Source: Alphaproteobacteria bacterium
Lineage (GTDB): Bacteria; Pseudomonadota; Alphaproteobacteria; CALKHQ01
Assembly: GCA_965227515.1 (NCBI GenBank)
Contig: CBDDFZ010000001.1
Coordinates: 3,188,797-3,252,796, forward strand
Direction of reading: 5' to 3'
DNA: 64,000 bases
Positions 59,199 through 64,000 of the stretch are shown here, piece after piece. The notes below the pieces were generated by a model. It ran no database searches. It had not been told where the DNA came from and worked only from the letters and a program-made list of their open reading frames with translations. The position numbers were made by a program, and so were the translations under genes. Position 1 is the first letter of the stretch. Each line of letters opens with the position of its first letter.

Positions 59199-60692
59199 TC
59201 AGGCCGCAACCCCTTTGGCCTTGGCCGTGCTCGTCTCGTCCTTCAGCGTCCCTTCCAGGTCGTAGCCGGCCAGGAAGTCGTCCAGCATCGCCTTCGACCG
59301 CTCCCAATCGAAGCAGCGGAAGGCGTGCCCCTTGGTCACGAACGCGGCGCCGGCATAGAACATCTCGTACTGCAGGTGGCGCGAGGCGAACTCCGACCCG
59401 ACGGCGTCCCACGCCAGGCGGTAGAACTTCACCTTGTCCTCGGCATCGGCGGCCGGCGATTGCTGGGTCTTCTCGATCAGCGCGGCCAGCTCCGGATTGG
59501 CGAAGTCGCGCGCGGAAGACGGCTGCATGATCATGCCGCCGCCGGCCAGTTCGCGGATGGCGGTGGTGAACTTGGGATAGAGCTGCTGGGTCAGCACCTG
59601 CGCGGTGTAGAGCGTGTGCTTGTCCGGAATGAAATAGGCGCCGACCTGGCTGCCCTTCGCCTCCATGCCGGCGACCAGCCCCTCCACCATGCCGACCTCC
59701 GCGGAGATCTGGCCGAGCATCTCGCGGACCTGCGGGAACCCCATGGTGCCGTTGATCTCGGCGATGCGGTGGGCGATGCCGGCCAGGAAGCGCAGCTTCA
59801 CCATCAGGCGAATTTGCGCCTGGTAGTTCTGGTAGACGTGCGCCGGCGTGGCGTGGAACTGAGCCATGCAGCGCTTCACGTCGTTGGCGACGAAGACCCG
59901 GTCCCACGGCACGTGTACGTCGTCGAAATAGAGCACCGCGTCGTTCTCGTCGTAGCGGGACGACAATGGGCTGTCGAACACGTTGTCGGCGCCCGCCTCA
60001 TACGACTTGCGCGACAGGATTTTCAGCCCGCGCACGTTCATCGGCACCGCGAACGAGACCGCGTAGCGCTCCTCGCCTTCCTTCAGCGGCTGGATCGTGG
60101 TGACCAGCACCTCGTTGGCCATGATGCCGGCGGTCGACAGCATCTTGGCGCCGCGCACGGTAATACCCTCGGCATCCTCGTCGACGATGCCGGCCACGAA
60201 ATCCTCGGTCTGCTGGTCGCCGGCGGAGCCCGCGCGGTTGGCCTGCGGGTTGATGATCACATAGGTGAGGTAGAGGTCGTTGTCGCGGGCGAAGCGGTAA
60301 TAGTCGGTCAGCGCCCTGCCGCGCTCGTCGCCGAACACCTCTGGCGCCATCGCCATGCCGGTGATGCACGACGCCACGTGATCGGGCGAGCGCCCCAGGA
60401 AGCCGGCATGCAACGACGACCACCGCTCCAGCGCCTCGCGGCGCGACACCAGTTCCCGATAATCGGCGGGCATCTGCCACATGCGGTTGGCCGGGCCGTC
60501 GCCGTCGGCCGGGGTCCAGGTCAAGAGCTTGCCCAGCGCCGGATCGTGCTGGGCGTCGTACAGCCCGCATACCGAGGCAATGGCATTCTTGAAGGCCGGG
60601 TCGGTGGTGACGTCCCTGACCAGCCCACCGTCGATATAGACCTTCCGTCCATCGCGGAGCGAAGCCAGGTGTTGCGCGCCGGTCTTGATCAC
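59199..60692 (-). CDS. 4-hydroxyphenylacetate 3-monooxygenase oxygenase-component (HpaB) family flavin-dependent monooxygenase
   Basis: HpaB-family length, with N-terminal LASLRDGRKVYIDGGLVRDVTTDPAF. GTG start. Confidence 0.7.
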   Translation of the reverse strand: MIKTGAQHLASLRDGRKVYIDGGLVRDVTTDPAFKNAIASVCGLYDAQHDPALGKLLTWTPADGDGPANRMWQMPADYRELVSRREALERWSSLHAGFLGRSPDHVASCITGMAMAPEVFGDERGRALTDYYRFARDNDLYLTYVIINPQANRAGSAGDQQTEDFVAGIVDEDAEGITVRGAKMLSTAGIMANEVLVTTIQPLKEGEERYAVSFAVPMNVRGLKILSRKSYEAGADNVFDSPLSSRYDENDAVLYFDDVHVPWDRVFVANDVKRCMAQFHATPAHVYQNYQAQIRLMVKLRFLAGIAHRIAEINGTMGFPQVREMLGQISAEVGMVEGLVAGMEAKGSQVGAYFIPDKHTLYTAQVLTQQLYPKFTTAIRELAGGGMIMQPSSARDFANPELAALIEKTQQSPAADAEDKVKFYRLAWDAVGSEFASRHLQYEMFYAGAAFVTKGHAFRCFDWERSKAMLDDFLAGYDLEGTLKDETSTAKAKGVAA

Positions 60693-60710
60693 GGCCGTGT
60701 CTCCCCTGCC

Positions 60711-61346
60711 CTATTTTTGATCCCGGATTGCCGCCGCCGGGTTGGCAACGCCGCCGGCCAGGTAGTCGACCAGCGCCACCGCCTCGTCACCGGAGCTGAT
60801 CAGCTTGCCCATAAGGGCGCTCAGCTCCTGGAACATCTCGCGGTCCAGCGGGCGGAACAGCAGATCGTTCACCTCGCTCTGCGCCGGCGCCAGTTCCGCC
60901 AGCAGCGCCATGCCCTTTTCCGTTACGCGCAGGCGCACCCGGCGCCGATCCTCGGGATCGGGCTGCTTCTCCACCAGGCCAAGCTTGACCAGCTGCCCGC
61001 TGACCAGGGTGACGAACGACCCGGTCAACCCCAGATCCTCGGCAATGCGGGTCACGCCCACCCGCTCGCCGTCTTGCAGGTGCGCGATCGAAATCAGCGT
61101 CGTGTACTGGATGCCGGTCAGCCCGATGATGGAGCCGAAACCGGAACGCACCGCCTCCAGCCGTGCCGAGAACGCCAGCAGGCGATGCACGAAGGTTCGA
61201 AAGGCCTGGTCGGACCCGTCGACGAGCAGCGCCGGCGACGTTACGGTGGTCTGCGCCGCGGTCGGGGTGGATTTCTGGTCTTTGGTCAAGGGGCTGATCC
61301 GGTTTGGTTTTCGTTGGCATGCGCAGCGATCGAAGCGTGCGAGCAT
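60711..61346 (-). CDS. MarR family transcriptional regulator
   Basis: Winged-helix LTGIQYTTLISIAHL...VTRIAEDLGLTGSFVTLVSGQLVKLGLVEKQPDPEDRRRVRLRVTEKG. The start is uncertain. Confidence 0.75.
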   Translation of the reverse strand: MLARFDRCACQRKPNRISPLTKDQKSTPTAAQTTVTSPALLVDGSDQAFRTFVHRLLAFSARLEAVRSGFGSIIGLTGIQYTTLISIAHLQDGERVGVTRIAEDLGLTGSFVTLVSGQLVKLGLVEKQPDPEDRRRVRLRVTEKGMALLAELAPAQSEVNDLLFRPLDREMFQELSALMGKLISSGDEAVALVDYLAGGVANPAAAIRDQK

Positions 61347-61358
61347 TGCGAATGCCTG

Positions 61359-61375
61359 CTCAAATTAGCTTTGAG
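61359..61375. promoter_or_regulatory. inverted repeat CTCAAA-TTAGC-TTTGAG nested in TTGCGAA...TTCGCAA, candidate MarR operator
   Basis: Seen directly in the divergent MarR / downstream hypothetical-gene intergenic region. Confidence 0.3.
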
Positions 61376-61471
61376 ACTTCGCAAAGTTCTAAAGGTATCT
61401 TATCCTGGCTGTCAACGGTCAGCGCCACCTGGCGCCGCTGATCGAACCCGGTTCAAACCGACATTACATGA

Positions 61472-62170
61472 GTGCACCCCATGCAGAATCCGCCCCTAAG
61501 GTTCGTATGCATATCCGGCGACCGCGAGGAAGAGCGCACGGTCGCCATACACACGCTGATCATCGCCGGATGGACCGGGCGCGACCAGGCCAAGGTCGAT
61601 GCCCACATCGCCGAGTTGGCGGCACTGGGGGTGGCGCCGCCGGCAACCACGCCGTGCTACTACCGGGTCGCCGCGAACCAGCTCACCACCGCCGATGAGA
61701 TCCAGACCGCCGGGCGTGCCGCCACCGGAGAGGCCGAGGCCGTGGTGATCGCCATGGACGATGGCATGTGGGTGGGTGTCGGCTCCGACCACACCGACCG
61801 CGAACTTGAGGCGACCGGGGTCACGCTCTCGAAGCAGCTTTGTGCGAAGCCGGTCAGCCCGCAATTGTGGAAGCTGGACGATATCGCGGACCACTGGGAC
61901 CGGATTGCGCTCACCGCCGATGCCACGATTGGCGGTGCGGTGCGCCGCTATCAGGACGGCACGCTGGCGGCCATGCGCACGCCGGACGACCTGATCGCGC
62001 GCTACGGCCAGGGCCCGCTGGCGCCGGGGACCGCGATGTTCTGCGGCACGCTGGCGGTGCAGGGCGAGATCACATTCGCCGACCGCTTCGCCGTCGCGCT
62101 GGAGGACCCGGTGCTCGGCCGGCGACTGGAACATGCCTACGATATCGAGGCCCTGCCGATTGCGGGGTGA
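61472..62170 (+). CDS. hypothetical protein (possibly DUF2848 family)
   Basis: Conserved-looking 232-aa ORF with high-GC codon bias, divergent from MarR. Family naming is from memory only. Confidence 0.4.
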   Translation: MHPMQNPPLRFVCISGDREEERTVAIHTLIIAGWTGRDQAKVDAHIAELAALGVAPPATTPCYYRVAANQLTTADEIQTAGRAATGEAEAVVIAMDDGMWVGVGSDHTDRELEATGVTLSKQLCAKPVSPQLWKLDDIADHWDRIALTADATIGGAVRRYQDGTLAAMRTPDDLIARYGQGPLAPGTAMFCGTLAVQGEITFADRFAVALEDPVLGRRLEHAYDIEALPIAG

Positions 62171-62203
62171 CGGCCGCGCGTCGCACCAGGGTGCCGCGGG
62201 CGA

Positions 62204-63031
62204 TTACCACACCCTTGGCAGTACCGTGGTGACACCCATATGGCGGCGGTCTTCGCCCTCGAAGCCGAAGCTCGCCACGTCCACCAGCACCAGCATGACC
62301 AACTCTTCGTAGCAGCAGGCCGCCTGCTCCGGCAGGCCCGGCGCGTACACGATCACGCTGTGGATGCGATAGCCGGTGGCGCACCCTCGGCTTTCGGGCA
62401 GCGTGGTGTCCTCCTGCAGGATCATGAGGCGGTCGTAGCCGTGGAAGTAGAGTTCCAGCGACATCATCGCCACCTGCCCCAGGTCTTGCGCGTCGCAGGC
62501 ATGGCCTGTGATCGGGCGCTCGGTCACGGTCAGGGTCTGGCGGTCGCCGCCATAGGGTGAGAATGCTGCGTCGATGGCGAAGTCGACCACATGGTCAGGT
62601 GCCGTGAGGTCGCTCAACGGATGGTGGATCAGCGTCGTCCCGGTTTCGCCGGCGACGATGCCGTGGCGGTCTAGCAGCGGCTGCGCCGCGGCCATCGCGC
62701 GGTCGCGGGCCATGCCGACCTCATCCTCGACGGCGCTCCAGTCCTCGGCGTCATCGAAGTCCAGCTCGACCCGGATCGGAGAACCCGGCACCCAAGCGTT
62801 GGCCGCCACGTCGATCACATGGACGATCGAATAGGGCAGCCCCTCGTTGAAGGTGCCGTAGTCCTCGAACGCCACGTACCGGCCATCGAGGGAGAAGCCG
62901 ATCAGGACCGGCCGGGCGATATCGCCGGCACCTGCCGCACCCGGCCACATGCCCAACGCGACAGCCGCAGCCACCAGCATCGCGGCCAGCCGGACGGCCG
63001 GCGTGCAAGAAGTTCTGTGGCGTTGCCGCAT
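62204..63031 (-). CDS. secreted hypothetical protein, tandem paralog 2 (possibly DUF2259-like)
   Basis: Signal peptide. Shares GHACD...GPVSMMSL...DSRGC.TGYRIHSV.VYAPG.P.Q..CC...L.MLVL...SFGFEG.D.RHMGVTT.L with the upstream paralog. Confidence 0.55.
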   Translation of the reverse strand: MRQRHRTSCTPAVRLAAMLVAAAVALGMWPGAAGAGDIARPVLIGFSLDGRYVAFEDYGTFNEGLPYSIVHVIDVAANAWVPGSPIRVELDFDDAEDWSAVEDEVGMARDRAMAAAQPLLDRHGIVAGETGTTLIHHPLSDLTAPDHVVDFAIDAAFSPYGGDRQTLTVTERPITGHACDAQDLGQVAMMSLELYFHGYDRLMILQEDTTLPESRGCATGYRIHSVIVYAPGLPEQAACCYEELVMLVLVDVASFGFEGEDRRHMGVTTVLPRVW

Positions 63032-63059
63032 CGGGTCGCTCCTGATCTGTCCGGAACAG

Positions 63060-63884
63060 CTAGAGCAGATCGTGCAGCATGGTCGTGACGCCCATGTGGC
63101 GGTAGTCGGGTCCTTCGAAGCCGAAGCTCGACATCGACAGCAGAACCAGCATGGCCAGGTCGTCATGGCAGCACACGCTCTGGTCGGGCGTGTTGGGTGC
63201 GTACACGTAGACGCTGTGGATCCTGTAGCCGGTGACGCAGCCGCGACTGTCCGGCAGCCGGGAGTCCTGCTGCATGGTGATGGTCCGGCCCTGGTTGGGC
63301 ATGCTGAGCTGCAGCGACATCATCGAGACCGGGCCCAGGTCGTAGCGGTCGCACGCGTGACCGGTCACCACCTGCTCGCTCAGAATCAGGCTCTGGCTGT
63401 TCCCGCCATAGGGCGAGTAGCCGCCCATGATGGAGAAATTGGCCAGGTGGTCGGCCGCGTCGAGGTCGCTCAGCGGGCGATAGACCAGCAGGGTGCCGGT
63501 CTCCCCCGCGACGATGCCGTACTGGTTCAGGGCCGCCTGGGCCTGGCCCATCGCCTGGTCGCGGGCGCGGGTCACGCCGTCGACGATCAATTCGGGGTTC
63601 GGCAGCGACTCGATGTCGAGCTCGACCCGGATCGGCGTACCCGAAACCCAGTCATTGGCGGCGACATCGATGACGTAGATGGTGGAATAGGTGAAGCCGG
63701 AGGCATCCTGCATGCCATAGTCTTCGTAGGCGACATAGCGGCCGTCGCGCGAGAAGCCGATCACCTCCGGCCGCGCAAGATCGCCGGCCTCGGCCGCGCC
63801 CGTCGCCAGCCCGGCCGCCAGCCCGGCCGCCATCGCGATTGCAGCACCGGTCCGAATCAATGCTGCGGCTAGGGTCCGTTTCAT
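63060..63884 (-). CDS. secreted hypothetical protein, tandem paralog 1
   Basis: Signal peptide MKRTLAAALIRTGAAIAMAAGLAAGLATGAAEA. Roughly 50% identical to paralog 2 across the full length. Confidence 0.55.
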   Translation of the reverse strand: MKRTLAAALIRTGAAIAMAAGLAAGLATGAAEAGDLARPEVIGFSRDGRYVAYEDYGMQDASGFTYSTIYVIDVAANDWVSGTPIRVELDIESLPNPELIVDGVTRARDQAMGQAQAALNQYGIVAGETGTLLVYRPLSDLDAADHLANFSIMGGYSPYGGNSQSLILSEQVVTGHACDRYDLGPVSMMSLQLSMPNQGRTITMQQDSRLPDSRGCVTGYRIHSVYVYAPNTPDQSVCCHDDLAMLVLLSMSSFGFEGPDYRHMGVTTMLHDLL

Positions 63885-64000
63885 TCCCGTGATCCTCCGA
63901 CGACCTGTAAGTGACGACGCCATTGCCAAGACGCCGCGCCCATTGGAACGCAAATGTGAACGCGCCGACCACTATTGAGACGCCGCCGGGCGACTTCATG

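Overview
This is a 64-kb, high-GC (about 67%) chromosomal segment. Gene content suggests an alphaproteobacterium: dnaE N-terminus, parE, and a glnB-glnA operon with a sigma54-type promoter. Most of the window is core metabolism and transport. It contains amino-acid ABC transporter genes, a tRNA-His gene, a DEAD-box helicase, and a CoA-dependent beta-oxidation-like cluster. It also contains glpK, a KefB-like antiporter, GGT, ubiX, and an HpaB/cupin/MarR operon.

The regions that stand out are these:
- A sharply low-GC (about 45%) 1.5-kb islet encodes one orphan protein with an N-terminal PD-(D/E)xK nuclease signature. It lies between a DMT transporter gene and parE.
- A compact three-gene operon encodes a MotA/ExbB-like channel, an ExbD/TolR-like anchor with a non-canonical periplasmic domain, and a 2-TM protein. 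It sits directly downstream of a CHASE2 hybrid histidine kinase, a FecR-domain protein and a 17-kDa-antigen-like lipoprotein module.
- A winged-helix/TPR regulator is interrupted by a single in-frame TAG.
- An 8-kb repeat-rich segment (41-49 kb) carries three copies of a MITE-like element, an IS110-family transposase, a GlcG-RidA fusion protein and orphan ABC components.
- A second hairpin repeat family has three copies spread across the window.
- Several candidate operator palindromes are present.

Many long antisense ORFs in the six-frame track are GC-bias artefacts and are not reported as genes.
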